Translations under genes and position numbers: made by a program
In this document: piece by piece, positions 26,201-38,535 of the stretch
Layout: every line of letters starts with the position of its first letter
Numbering within the stretch: the stretch's first letter is position 1
The notes under the pieces: model-generated
What the model saw: only the letters and a program-made list of their open reading frames with translations
Databases searched by the model: none
Told to the model about the DNA's origin: nothing
Source of the DNA: Chiloscyllium plagiosum
Taxonomy: Eukaryota
Direction: 5' to 3'
DNA: 64,000 nucleotides
Assembly: GCF_004010195.1 (NCBI RefSeq)
Contig: NC_057752.1
Coordinates: forward strand, 9,744,862-9,808,861

Positions 26201-26323
26201 GACTAGCTGCATGACAACAGCACAAGTGGCAAGTTAGATAGAGCTAAGTGATCCCACAACCAATGGATCAAATCTAAGCTCTGCAGTCACGCCACATCCA
26301 GTCATGAATGGTGGTGGACAATT

Positions 26324-27933
26324 TTTTTTTCCACAAGTTTACAAAAGAAAACCAAAAAAAAGACCCAAGTATAAACATTGATATACAGTTAAATCTTAAA
26401 TAAATGATAACCAAAATCTATCAAACAAGAAAACAGAAATACCAAGAGAAAAAAAATGACAAAACTCAACTAACTACTCATCTAACTTACAACTAACCAG
26501 AGTTAGTTAAACTTAACTAATCATTAAAATTCTTACATTATTCAAGGGAAAAAAAAATCCAACGGATAACACATAAATTGAGCAGTGATATACATGCTCG
26601 GAATGTGTTAANNNNNNNNNNAACATATATGACTATAAAATTACAGTCTCAGCAAATAATAATTCAATATATTAATACAAAATAACAGGGGAAAACAACC
26701 CCGCTCCCAAGGACAAAGATAAAATAAGATAAGGTAGCCACCTTCCCCCCATCAACATTAACTGGACCCGCTAGCCTATGTATATATTAAAAAAAAGGGG
26801 TGGAAAGGAAATCGCTAAGTAAAGGATGAATAAATAAGCCCTTCTTCCCACCCCCCGGAGATAATATTAAACAGTAAGATAATGAAAGGAAAAAAAAGGG
26901 GGGTAAACCGGGGTGGGGTAGGGCAAAACAACATCAATGAACTCTTATGATTTGTCTAAGAGAGTCCAAAAGTTCCTTGGCCATCTCCGGTGATCCGAAG
27001 TTAAACACGGACCCTTCATGGCTAAAGCATAGTATAGCTGGGTAGCGCAAGGAGTATTGAATGTTTAAATCCCTTAAACACATCTTTGCTTCATCAAACG
27101 CCTTCCTCTTTCAAACCAAAGCTAGGGAAAAGTCCTGAAATAACATAATCTTGGATCCTTTATGAGTCATGGCTTGTGGATCTTTCCCAAGATTTCTGGA
27201 GGTTTCCAAGAGCATCTGCCTCATCTTATAGCTCTGCAGGTGGAACAGGACCGGGAGGGAGCACTGATTCGAGCCGGGCCCGTGTATTGCGACCCGGTAG
27301 GCCCATTCTACCCTTACCTGGCCTGATCCAGCCTCCAGATTCAATAACTGTGGAAGCCACTGTTCAAGGAACCTTGTAAGCTGGCCGCCTTCTTCCCGTT
27401 TGGGAAGGCCCAGCAAATGAATATTTTTTCGACAACCTTGAGAATCGAGGTCCCGATCCACGGCCGATTCTGCAATGGCCTCGGAGGTCGCGGCCTTTAG
27501 CTCCGCCCCTCCGAATCGGCATTCAATTTCTTCGATGTCTCGGCCATGCTTTTGGAGCGCGGCCGAGAATGAATTCCACCGACTTCGGGATTCTTCAATA
27601 AAGGCATTGATCTTCGCATCGAGTTTAGAGATTATTTCCGCGAGGCTCACCACCGTCGATAAGTCCCCCGGGCGGCTGTGGACGCCTCTGCTGCAGCTGG
27701 GGAGGGTGGGGGAGGGGCTCCTGCCTGCTGAGAACTGCGGGCTCCTTTCCCCCTTGTAATTTTTACAGGAGACTGAACTGGACAAATTTAGTACTAAACC
27801 ACTAATTACATTAAGTAAAAACTATTTTTAATTGATTTGGTGAGTGTGATGGGGGAGGGTGGCCCACTTTGCCTAGGTCTTGGGAGGAGCATTATAGACT
27901 CAGACTTGCTGAGTCGCCGCCATCTTGGATCTC
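26324..27933 (-). mobile_element. L1-clade element: 5' UTR, ORF1, 3' UTR and poly(A), with TSD
   Basis: ORF 27111-27785 has L1 ORF1p motifs (coiled coil, RKNIHLLGLP, VEWAYRV, IMLFQDFS); 5' end ccaagatggcggc; T-run at 26322-26330; TSD ggtg(g/a)tggacaatt at 26310-26323 and 27934-27947. Confidence 0.85.
26612..26621. other. Assembly gap (10 N)
   Basis: Run of N. Confidence 1.
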
Positions 27934-28944
27934 GGTGATGGACAATTAAACAACTCACTGGAGGAGGAGGCTCCACAAATATCCCCATCCTCAACGATGG
28001 AAGAGTCCAACACATCAGTGCAAAGGATAAGGCTGAAGTGTTCGCAGCAGTCTCCATTCAGAAATGCCGCATGGATGATCCATCTCGGCCTCCTCCAGTG
28101 ATCTCCAGCATTATATATACCAGTCTCCAGCCAATTCGATTCACTTCACATGATATCAAGAAATGGTTGGAGATACTGAATACTACAAAGGCTATGGGCC
28201 CTGACAACATTCCAGCAATAGTACTGAAGACTTGTGCTCCAGAACCTGCTGCTCCCCAAGCCAAGCTGTTCCACTACAGTTACAACACTGGCATCTATCC
28301 AACAATGTGTAAAATTGGAGATCCATATTTGATTTTGCGACATGTGTTGAATTCATCCTGTACATAAAAAGCAGAACAAATCTAACCCAGCCAATTACCG
28401 CCCCTTCAGTCTACTCTTGATGGAAGGTGTCACCAACAGTGCTATCAAGCAGCACCTGCTCAGCTCCTGGCCTCATTACAGCCTTGGTTCAAACATGGAC
28501 AAAAGAGCTGAATTCCAGAGGGGAGGGGAGAGGGACAGCCCTTGACATCAAGGCTGCATTCGACCGAGTGTGACATTAAGGAGCCCTAAAAAAAACTGGA
28601 ATCAATGGGTATCGGGGGCAAACTCTCCGCTGGTTGGAGTCATACCTGACACAGGGGAAGATGGTTGTGGTTGTTAGCAAGAAGTCAGGTTAACTCCAGG
28701 ACATCTCTGCAGGAGTTCCTCAGGGTAGTGTCCTAGGCCCAACCATCTTCAGCTGCTTCATCAATGACCTTCCCTCCATAAGGTCAGAAGTGCGGATGAT
28801 TGCACAATGTTCAGCACCATTCACGACTCCTCAGATACTGAAGTAGTCCATGTCCAAATGCAACAAGGTCCAGTCAATATCTAGGCTTGGGCTGAAAAGT
28901 GGCAAGTAACATTTGTGCCACACAAGTGTCCGGCAATAACCATT

Positions 28945-30787
28945 AACTTGAAAAGTGTCCATGTTACAAAGGAGATGGTGCTGGACATCTTAAAACGTAT
29001 AAAGATGGATAAATCCTCAGGACCTGATCTGGTATATCCCAGAACTTTGTGGGAAGTTAGGGAAGTAACTGCTGAGAGACTTGTATCACCAATAGCACCA
29101 CTGGTGAGGTGCCAGAAGACTGGAGGTTGTCTAATGCGGTACGGTGGCTCAGTAATTAGTACTGCTGCCTCACAGTGCCAGGGACTTGGTTCAATTCCAG
29201 CCTCGGGCGACTATCTGTGTGGAGTTTGTAAATTTTCCTCGTGTCTGCATTGGTTTCCTCTGGGTGCTCCGGTTTCCTGCCACAGTCCAAAGATGTGCAG
29301 GTTAGGTGGATTGGCCATGCAAAATTGCACATAGTATTCAGGAATGCATAGGTTAGGTGCATTAGTTAGGGTGAAATGTAAGTAATAGGGTAGGGGAATG
29401 GGTCTGGGTGGGCTGCTGTTCAGAGGGTTGGTGGAGACATGTTGGCCGAATGGCCTGTTTCCACACTGTAGGAATTCTATGATTCAATAATTGTTTGAGA
29501 AAGGTGTAAGAAAAAGGCAGCAAACTATAGATTGGTGAGCCTGACGTCAGTGGTGAGTAAATTGTTGCAGGGGATTCTGAGGGACAGGATTGAGAAGTAT
29601 TTGGAATGGTGAGGATTGATTAGGGATAGTTAACATGGCTTTATCCATAGGAAATCACATCTCACTAAATTAATTGAGTTTTTTGAAAAAGTGACAAAGA
29701 AGATTGATGAAGGCAAAGCAGCAAGGCATTCGACAAGGTTCTGCATGGTAGACTGGTTAACAAGGTTAGATCACATGGAATACAGGGAGAGCTAGCCATT
29801 TGTATACAAAGTTGACTTGAAGTAGGAGACATAGGTGGTGGAGGGTTGTTTTTCGGACTGGAGGCCCGTGACCAGCGGTGTGCTGCAAGGATCAGTGCTG
29901 GGTCCATCGGTTTTTGTCATTTATATAAATGGATTGGATGTGAATATAGGAAGAATGGTTAGTGAGTTTGTAGATGACACTAAAATTGGTGGTATAGTTA
30001 TATCAGAGTACAAGGGGACCTTGATCAGATGGGCCGTTGGGTTGAGGAGCGGCAGATGGATTTTAATTTAGAGATATTGCATTTTGGTAAGAGAAATCAG
30101 GACAGGACTTATACACTTAATGGTAGAGTCCTGGGAAGTGTTTCCAAACAAAGAGACCTTGGGGTGCAGGCTCATAGTTCCATGAAGGTGAAGTCGCAGG
30201 TTGACAGGATAGTGAAGAAGGCCTTGGTACACTTGCCTTTATTGGTCAGTGCATTGAGTATAGGAGTCGGATGTCATGTTGCGGCTATTCAAGACATTGG
30301 TGAGGCCAATTTTGGAATACTGTGTTTAGTTCTGGTCTCCTTGCTATTGGAGACATGTTAAACTTGAAAGGGTGCAGAAAAGATTTACAAGGATGTTGCC
30401 GGAGTTGGAGGGTTTCAATTATAGAGAAAGGAAGAATAAGCTGGGGCTATTTTCCCTGGAGTATCAAGAGGGGAATGGATAGGATCCTTTCTCCTAGGGT
30501 AGGGGAGTCCAAAACTAGCGGGCATAGGTTTAAGGTGAGAGGGAAAAGATTTAAAAGGGACCTAAGGGATAACGTTTTCATGCAGAGTGTGGTGTGTGTA
30601 CGGAATGAGCTGCCAGAGGAAGTGGTGGAGGCTGGTACAATTACAGCATTCAAAAGATATTTGGATGGGTGTATGAATTGGGATTAGAGGGATATGGGCC
30701 AAATGCTGGCACATGTGACTAGATTAATTTAGGATATCTGGTCAGCATGGATGAGTTAGACTGAAAGGCTTGTTTCTGTGCTGTCTA
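28945..30787 (+). mobile_element. CR1 LINE, 5'-truncated, with nested HE1 SINE
   Basis: DKSSGPDLVYPRTLWE...GVLQGSVLG...FVDDTKIGG...tail. Confidence 0.88.
29138..29485 (+). mobile_element. HE1-type SINE nested in CR1
   Basis: ggtacggtggctcagtaattagt...ggttcaattcc...ccacactgtaggaattctatgattc. Confidence 0.88.
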
Positions 30788-33700
30788 TCTCCAACAAGAG
30801 ACAATCTAACCACTGCCCTTTTGACATTCAACAGTATTACCATCACTGAATCCCCCATTATTAACATCCTTGAGGTTACTATTGACCAGAAACTCAACTG
30901 GACTCGCCATATAATCACAGTGGCTACAAGAGCAGTGAATAACTCCCCTCCTGACTCCCCAAAGACTGTCCACCATCGACAAGACCCAAGTCAAGAGTGT
31001 GATGGAATACTCCCCACTTGCCCTGGATGGGTGCAGCTCCAACAACACTCAAGAAGCTTGACATCATCCAAGACAAAGCAGCCCATTTGATTGGCCCCAC
31101 ATCCACAAACATCCACTCCCTCCACCACCGACGCTCAGTAGCAGCAGTGTGTACCATCTACAAGATACACTGCAGAAGTTCACTAAAAGTCCTTAGATAG
31201 CACCTTCTTAACCCATGACCACTTCCATCTCGAAGGACAGGGCAGCAGATACATGGGCACACCACTACCCAGAAGTTCCCCTCCAAGACCCTCACCATCC
31301 TGACTTGGAAATATATCACCGTTCCTTCAGTGTCGCTGGGTCAAAATCCTGGAATTCCCTCCCTCAGGGCATTGTGGGTCTATTCACAGCACATGGACTG
31401 CAGCGGTTCAAGAAGGCAGCACCCCCACTTTCTCAATGGGGCAACTAGGGATGGGGCAATAAATGCTGGGTCCAGCCAGTGACACCTACTTCCCATGAAT
31501 GAATAATAAAAAAGTGTGGACCTCCAAACATAGTTTCAGTGGAAACCAAGATAAAAGGGAAAATTGCCATTTGCACTGTTGCTTTGGCTTCTACCAGAGT
31601 TACAGGGAAAACTGAAGAACATCAGTGGAAAATCTGAGTATTTCCGTGTTATGTGACCATGCGAAGATGGGTGAAGGGGTTTATCGGGGCTGAGCCCAAT
31701 ACAACAGAGGTCATCAGAGACTAGACAGGAAAAGGAATGCTGACTGATATCCCATTAGCCCAAGAGCACTGACAGCATTTACAGCTGTTCTGTTCCTGCT
31801 GCAATTGAGATCTCCAAATTCCAGAAGGAGTGAATATAGGAGAAGTTTTCCTCTTGAAACTTCAAGAAGCTGACATTGTACGCTGTTCCATCTCTGAGAG
31901 AGCTTACAAAATGAAGAAGATAAATTTACAAGTGAGATGGCCATTAACCTGGGATTCTGCAGTGTCAACAGTGTGATGACTTGTTTACAATAGCTACTAG
32001 AAGCCACAGTATCATAAATAAGTGATAGTTTCACTCTAATTTAAACAGATTAATGACTTATTAAAATATTCACCAATGCACTAAGAATAGCACACAGCCA
32101 AAAAATTAAATTCTCCTTTTTCCTATTTCAGATGAGCCAGCCAGTGCCTCTTTTGTTCCACTTAGTTCAAAGAAGCATTCTCTTCTTTTGGTTTCTCTCA
32201 TTATACATTGCCTTACTGAGAAAGCAGCAAGCCCATTCGTTCCTAGAGCCCATCCATCATAAATCACATTCTAATTGGTCACCAGAAGATATCCAAGAAG
32301 TGACCTAGGGCGCTCACCCAATCCGCACTTGGGAAACCACAAGCAAAAACCCCTGTCCTTGCCAACCCAGCATATCACTGAGCTGGCCAAATCGATACAT
32401 CCTAGTGACTTGGAGACAGTAAGGACAGATGGTGGAAGCCTCAGTCAATAGATGTGAAGATGGAAAAGCACAGCAGGTCAGTTAGCATCTGAGGAGCAGG
32501 AGAGTCAACTCTTGAGTCCTGACGAAGGGGTTTGGCCTGAAATGTTGACTTTCTTGCTTCTCGGATGTTGTCTGACTTGCTGTGCTTTTCCAGCTTCACA
32601 TCTATTGAGTTGGATACATCCTAGTTCTTGAGATACATCCTAATCCTGAGTACCCCCATTGTCTGATTGAACTATACGTATGAGGAAGATGCCAGGTTCA
32701 AACATTAGTTTGTGCAGAGTAGGCTGGTCTAGCCAAGGGTAGAGATAGTAAAGATATAAGAGGCTTTGGTATCCCATGGATACAAGAGGCCAAAGTTAGA
32801 GGTACCCAAAGCTTTTGGAGACTTGTAGGGCTGAAGCAAGGTTTCAAGATAGGGAGGTGCAAAACAGGCACCAGTTGAAGACAAAAATTGAGAACAGCTC
32901 TGATGTTGCTCTTCCAGTTGCATATCATCCTGAAGTTCACTCTCTGGCTTACTAATTAAAATGGGTGGCTAACCCACAATGTCCAGCAGAAACGTATTCC
33001 AGCAAGAATCTTTACCATGAAGTCAGGGAAGTGGGAATAAAGTGGACAAAATTGACGGAAAATACTTTTCCCATTTAAGATACAATGATTTAATACCAAA
33101 ATTCTAAAAATTTTAAAAATAGAATGTTGCACATAATCAGATCAATCTGTTCTAGGAAGTACTGAAATATCTTATAATTTAAGATTAGGAATAGTACATC
33201 ATATCTCATTGTTGATATAACTCTTATGAAAACACACTGTTGTGGTAAATTGTCAACACATGCATTTCTAGTGTTTATCATTGTAATCCTTGGGCCACAG
33301 CTTTAATTTATCAATACTCTGTGTTTCGATAGCAGGTGAGGACAAGAACAAGTTGATGTTGCACATGACAGAAGATTCACTGTATCTAGGCTCATACAAA
33401 GAAAGGACACTTGAGCAAGCTCTCATTCCTGATGTGCAGCTAAAATTGAAAGGTCCAAACTCTGTCCTCTGTACAACATTATGACATGTAGTATTTGTTT
33501 AGAAAGCTATTTATTCCTGTCACAATCCCAGAACACCAGAATCTTTGAAAATAGAGTTGTGCTTCAACATCGAGGGAAGATGAGAAGAAAGTTGGGCATG
33601 TATGGCAAAAAGCAAACTTCAGTTACTTAGTCCGAAAGCAAAATACTGCAGATGCTGGAAAACTGAAATATAAACGGGAAATCCTAGAAATATACAGCAG

Positions 33701-34965
33701 TTAAGGTGGCTTCTAAGGAGACAGAAACAGATTCAACATTTCAGGTCACAACCTATAATCAGAATTATTACAATAATCCAGTGCTTAGCACTCAGACTAA
33801 AACTAAATAGACAATACACATACAGAGGTCAATGGATTTTCACAGTGATTTTCCATTATCTTCGGAATATCCAGAGGGGTCACTATATAGAAAGGGGTGA
33901 AGAACAATGTGCAAATGAACGATATCTGATTAATTTCTCCACTGCCTTTTGGGCTATGAAAGAAAGCCTGACAAGTGCTGGGAATATACACATCTGTCGG
34001 AAAGAGTAAAAATGAAAGTGTAGACCCTTCAACACAACTGGAATTGGGAAAATAAATGAATCCCTTAATAGGACTGGGCAGAACTGAGAAGTGGTGCTTG
34101 GTCAGGGATATGGCCAATGTGTTTTGCCATTTCATGGCATTCTACTGGAAGGCGGATCCACCATGAGCACAATACTCTCGGAGACCTTTATGCTTCAATG
34201 TGTTTCCAAGTTGCTTTGAGGTGTTCAATACAACCAAGCCATCCCTTGGTACAACAATGTCTAGTATACACAATACCTCTGAGGGTCTCTTAAAGCATCG
34301 AGTCTGAAAGGTGTCTTTTAGCAAAGTCCAATAGTAGACATCCAGGCAGGTAATATTTCATATTAACATTCTCATTTTAGACTATAGGATTTGCAAACAA
34401 ATCAGATCTAGCTTTGTCCTACAAAAATAGCAAAGTGCACTGATTTATTTTGAATTAATGTGCTAAATCAATATCAGTGCCCTCAATATCACTGCCAGGT
34501 GGTCTGGAATTTATCATGACTGTCTAGCTATCCGTACGATCACCCAACATTTGAAACATTTTCTAATGGAATGTCAAACTGGCTGGAAGGTTTCTATGCA
34601 TCTCTGCTGGTATTCTTCAACCTTGGCTGAAGTTATTTGTCACCTGAGGACCATGGGGATCACCACTCTGTGAAAATGAAGAGGAGTAATAAAATCTGTG
34701 GAGCTATTGTGTGAAGGGTTTGGATGGTCTTAGCCAGTTCCAAATGAGCAGTGAACCTCAGCAGATACTGACCTGAATTTGGCACTGGTTTCCATCACTC
34801 TGAACAATGTCACAGAATGATATTGTGCAAAATAGAAACTAAAAAATACTGCACTGGTGAGAAGGATGGTGGGGCATTGTAGTGCTTAATCATAATACTG
34901 ACAGGATTATAAAGAGGGAATTTTATGTTATATCTAATCCCATGCTGTCCATGTCCTGGACGTAG

Positions 34966-35100
34966 GATGGCATGGTGGCTCAGTGGTTAGCACTGCTGCC
35001 TCACAGTGCCAGGGACCTGTCTTGGGCAACTGTGTCGACTTTGCATGTTCTCCCTGTGTCTGCGTGGGTTTCCTCCCACAATCCAAAGATGTGCAGGTCA
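34966..35100 (+). mobile_element. HE1-type SINE 5' half (3' half at ~38267-38420)
   Basis: A box and body up to gatgtgcaggtca; continues as ccatagtgttcaggg...ccacactgtgagattcta after the CR1. Confidence 0.82.
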
Positions 35101-38100
35101 TAGAGATGTACAGCATGGAAACAGACACTTTGGTCCAACTTGTCCATGCTGACCAGATATCCTAATCTAGTACCCTTCCTGTTCATGTACCCATCCAGAT
35201 GCCTTTTAAATGTTACGATTGTACTAGCTTCCGTCACTTCCCCTGGTAGCTCATTCCATACATGTACCATCTTCTGTGTGAAAAGGTTGCCCCTTAGGTC
35301 TCTTATATCTTTCCCCTCTCACCCTAAACCTATGCCCTCTAGTTCTGGACTCCCCGACCCCAGGGAAAAGACTTTGCCTATTTACCCTATCCATGCCCCT
35401 CATGATTTTATACACCTTGAAATGGTCACCCCTCAGCCTCCGACGCTCCAGGGAAAACAGCCCCAGCCTATTCAGCCTCTCCCTATACCTAAAATCCTCC
35501 AACCCTGACAAGATCCTTGTAAATCTTTCTGAACCCTTTCAAGTTTCACAACATTCTTCGGATAGGAAAGAGACCAGAATTGCACACAATATTCCAAAAG
35601 TGGCCTAACCAATGTTTTGTACAGCCGTAACATGACCTCCCAACTCCTGTACTCAATACTCTGACTAATAAAGGAAAGCTTACCAAACGCCTTCTTCACT
35701 ATCCTATCTACCTGTGACTCTACTTTCAAGGAGCTATGAACCTGCACCCCAAGGTCTCTTTGTTCAGCAACACTCCTGAGGATCTACCATTAAGTGTATA
35801 AGTCCTGCTAAGATTTGCTTTCCCAAAATGCAGCACCTCGCATTTATCTAAATTAAACTCCATCTGCCACTCCTCAGCCCATTGGCACATCTGATCAAGA
35901 TCCCGTTGTAATCCGAGGTAATCTTCTTCGCTATCTACTACATCTCCAATTTTGGTGTCATCTGAAAACTTACTAACTATACCTCCTATGCTCATATCCA
36001 AATAATTTATATAAATGATGAAAAGTAGTGGACCCAGCACCTATCCTTGTGGAACTCCACTGGGCACAGGCCTCCAGTCTGAAAAACAACCCTCCACACC
36101 ACCCTCTGTCTTCCACCTTTGAGCCAGTTCTGTATCCAAATGGCTAGTTCTCCCTGAATTCCATGAGGTCTAACCTTGCTAACCCGTGTCCCATGGGGAA
36201 CCTTGTCGAACGCCTTACTGAAGTCCATATAGATCTCATTCCTGAAGAAGGGCTTATGCCCGAAACGTCGATTCTCCTGTTCCCTGGATGCTGCCTGACC
36301 TGCTGCGCTTTTCCAGCAACACATTTTCAGCTCCATATAGACCAAGTCTACCGATCTGCCCTCATCAATCCTCTTTGTTACTTCTTCAAAAAATGCATGA
36401 GACATGATTTCCCACCCACAAAGCCATGTTGACTATCTCTAATCAGACCTTGACTTTCCAAATACATGTACATCCTGTACCTCAGGATTCCCTCCAACAA
36501 CTTGTCCACCACTGATGTCAGGCTCACCGGTCTATAGTTCCCTGGCTTGTCCTTATTACAATTCTTAAATAGCGACACCACGTTAGCCAACCTCCAGTCT
36601 TCCGGCACCTCACCTGTGACTATCGATGATACAAATATCTCAGCAAGGGGCCCAGCAATCACTGCCCTAGCTTCCCACAGAGTTCTAGGGTACCGCTGAT
36701 CAGGTCCTGGGGATTTATTCACTTTTATGTGTTTCAGGACGTCCAGCACTTCCTCCTCTGTAATATGGACATTTTGCAAGATGTCTATTTCCCTACATTC
36801 TATATCTTCCATGTCCTTCTCCACAGTAAACACTGATGCAAAATACTCGTTTAGTATCACCTCCATTTTCAGCGGCTCCACACAAAGGTCGCCTTGCTGA
36901 TCTTTGAGGGGCCCTATTCTCTCCCTCGTTACCCTTTTGTCCTTAATGTATTTGTGAAAACCCTTTGGATTCTCCTTAACACTATTTGCCAAAGCTATCT
37001 CATGTCCCCGTTTTGCCCTCCTGATTTCCCTCTTAAGTATATTCCTACTTCCTTTATACTCTTCTCAGGATTCACTCGATCTCTCCTGTCTATACCTTAC
37101 ATATGCTTCCTTCTTTTTCTTAACCAAACCCTCAATTTCTTTCGTCATCCAGCATTCCCTGTACCTACCAGCCTTTCCTTTCACTCTAACAGGAATATAC
37201 TGTCTCTGGACTCTTGTGACCGCGTTTCTGAAGGGTTCCCATTTTCCAGCTGTCCCTTTACCTGCGAATATCTGCCTCCAATCAGCTTTTGAAAGATCTT
37301 GCCTAATACCATCAAAATTAGCCTTCCTCCAATTTAGAACTTCAACTTTTAGATCTGGTCTATCCTTTCCCATCACTATTTTAATACTAACAGAATTATG
37401 GTCGCTAGCCCCAAAGTGCTCCCCCACTGACACCTCAGTCACCTGCCCTGCCTTACTTCCCACTCAGTAGGTCAGGTTTTGCCCTTTCTGTAATAGGTAC
37501 ATGCACATACTGAATCAGAAAATTTTCTTGTACACACTTAACAAATTCCTCTCCATCTAAACCCTTAATACAATGGCAGTCCCAGTCTGTTTGGAAAGGT
37601 AAAAACCCCTACCATAACCACCCTATTATTCTTACAGATAACTGAGATTTCCTTACAAGTTTGCTTCTCAATTTCCTGCTGGCTATTAGAGGATCTATAA
37701 TACAATCCCAATAAGGTGATCATCCCTTTCTTATTTCTCAGTTCCACGCAAATAACTTCCCCGAATGTATTTCCGGGAATATCCTCCCTCAGCACAGCTG
37801 CATTGCTATCCCTTATCAAAAATGACACTCCCCCTCCTCTCTTGCCTCCCTTTCTGTCCTTCCTGTAGCATTTGTATCCTGGAACATTAAGCTGCCAGTA
37901 CTGTCCACCCCTAAGCCATAATTGCTATGATATCCCAGTCCCATGTTCCTTACCATGCCCAGAGTTCATCTGCCTTCCCTGTTAGGCTTCTTGCATTGAA
38001 ATAATTGCAATTTATCAGTCCTACCTTGATCTCTGCTTTGTCCCTGCCTGCCCTGACTGTTTGACTCGCTTCTTTTATCAACTGTACCAGTCTCAGATTT

Positions 38101-38265
38101 ATCTCTTTCCTCACTATCTCCCTGGGTCCCACCCCCACCCTAATAGTTTAAATCCTCCTGAGCAGCTCTAGCAAATCTCCCTGCCAGTATGTTAGTCCCC
38201 TTCCAATTCAGGTGCAATCCATCCTTCCTGCACAGGTGACTTCTACCCCAGAGGAGATTCCAATG
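35098..38265 (-). mobile_element. Long CR1 LINE: ORF1 end plus disrupted ORF2 (APE endonuclease + RT)
   Basis: RKDGLHLNWKGTNILAGRF (ORF1 esterase-like end), YFNARSL, LGLYYR, HFGASDHN, KSPGPD, PGNYRPVSLTS, YMDFSKAFDKVPH, FSDDTK, 3' tail; multiple frameshifts. Confidence 0.93.
36242..36269 (+). ncRNA. Minimal hammerhead ribozyme motif, family 1
   Basis: CUGAAGA-A-GGGC uuau GCCC-GAAA-CG-UC; intact core, predicted GUC cleavage triplet. Confidence 0.7.
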
Positions 38266-38419
38266 ACCATAGTGTTCAGGGATGTCTGAGTTAGGTGCAC
38301 AGGTCAGGGGTAAATGTAGTTTAATAGGTTAGGGGAACGGGTCTGGATGGATTGCTCTTCGGAGGATCCGTGTGGACTTGTTGGACCTAATGGCCTGTTT
38401 CCACACTGTGAGATTCTAT

Positions 38420-38535
38420 TTGATGGGGACAGCGCAGAGAGGTTTACTCTATAACTAATCCTGTCCTGGGAGTGTTTGATGGGAACAGTGTAAAGGGAGC
38501 TATACTCTGTATCTAACCACCTGTCCTGGGAGGAA
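38420..38535 (+). repeat. Minisatellite-like ~55 bp unit (related piece at ~34910-34965)
   Basis: ctgtcctgggagtgtttgatggg(g/a)acagtgta(a)agggagct(t/a)tactctgtatctaac repeated about twice. Confidence 0.6.

Larger units (their letters stand above)
25820..31512 (+). mobile_element. CR1/L2-group LINE (second family), fragmented by nested insertions
   Basis: Pieces ~25820-25952, 26076-26323, 27934-28944, 30788-31512 read collinearly: [67 protein letters not shown]; tail catgaatgaataataaaaaa. Confidence 0.8.

Noticed and set aside
33290..34324. Short ORFs and acceptor-like sites in non-repeat sequence (also near 32130 and 21560-22330)
   Set aside because: No recognisable homology and no consistent exon chain could be built by eye; RNA-seq would be needed.
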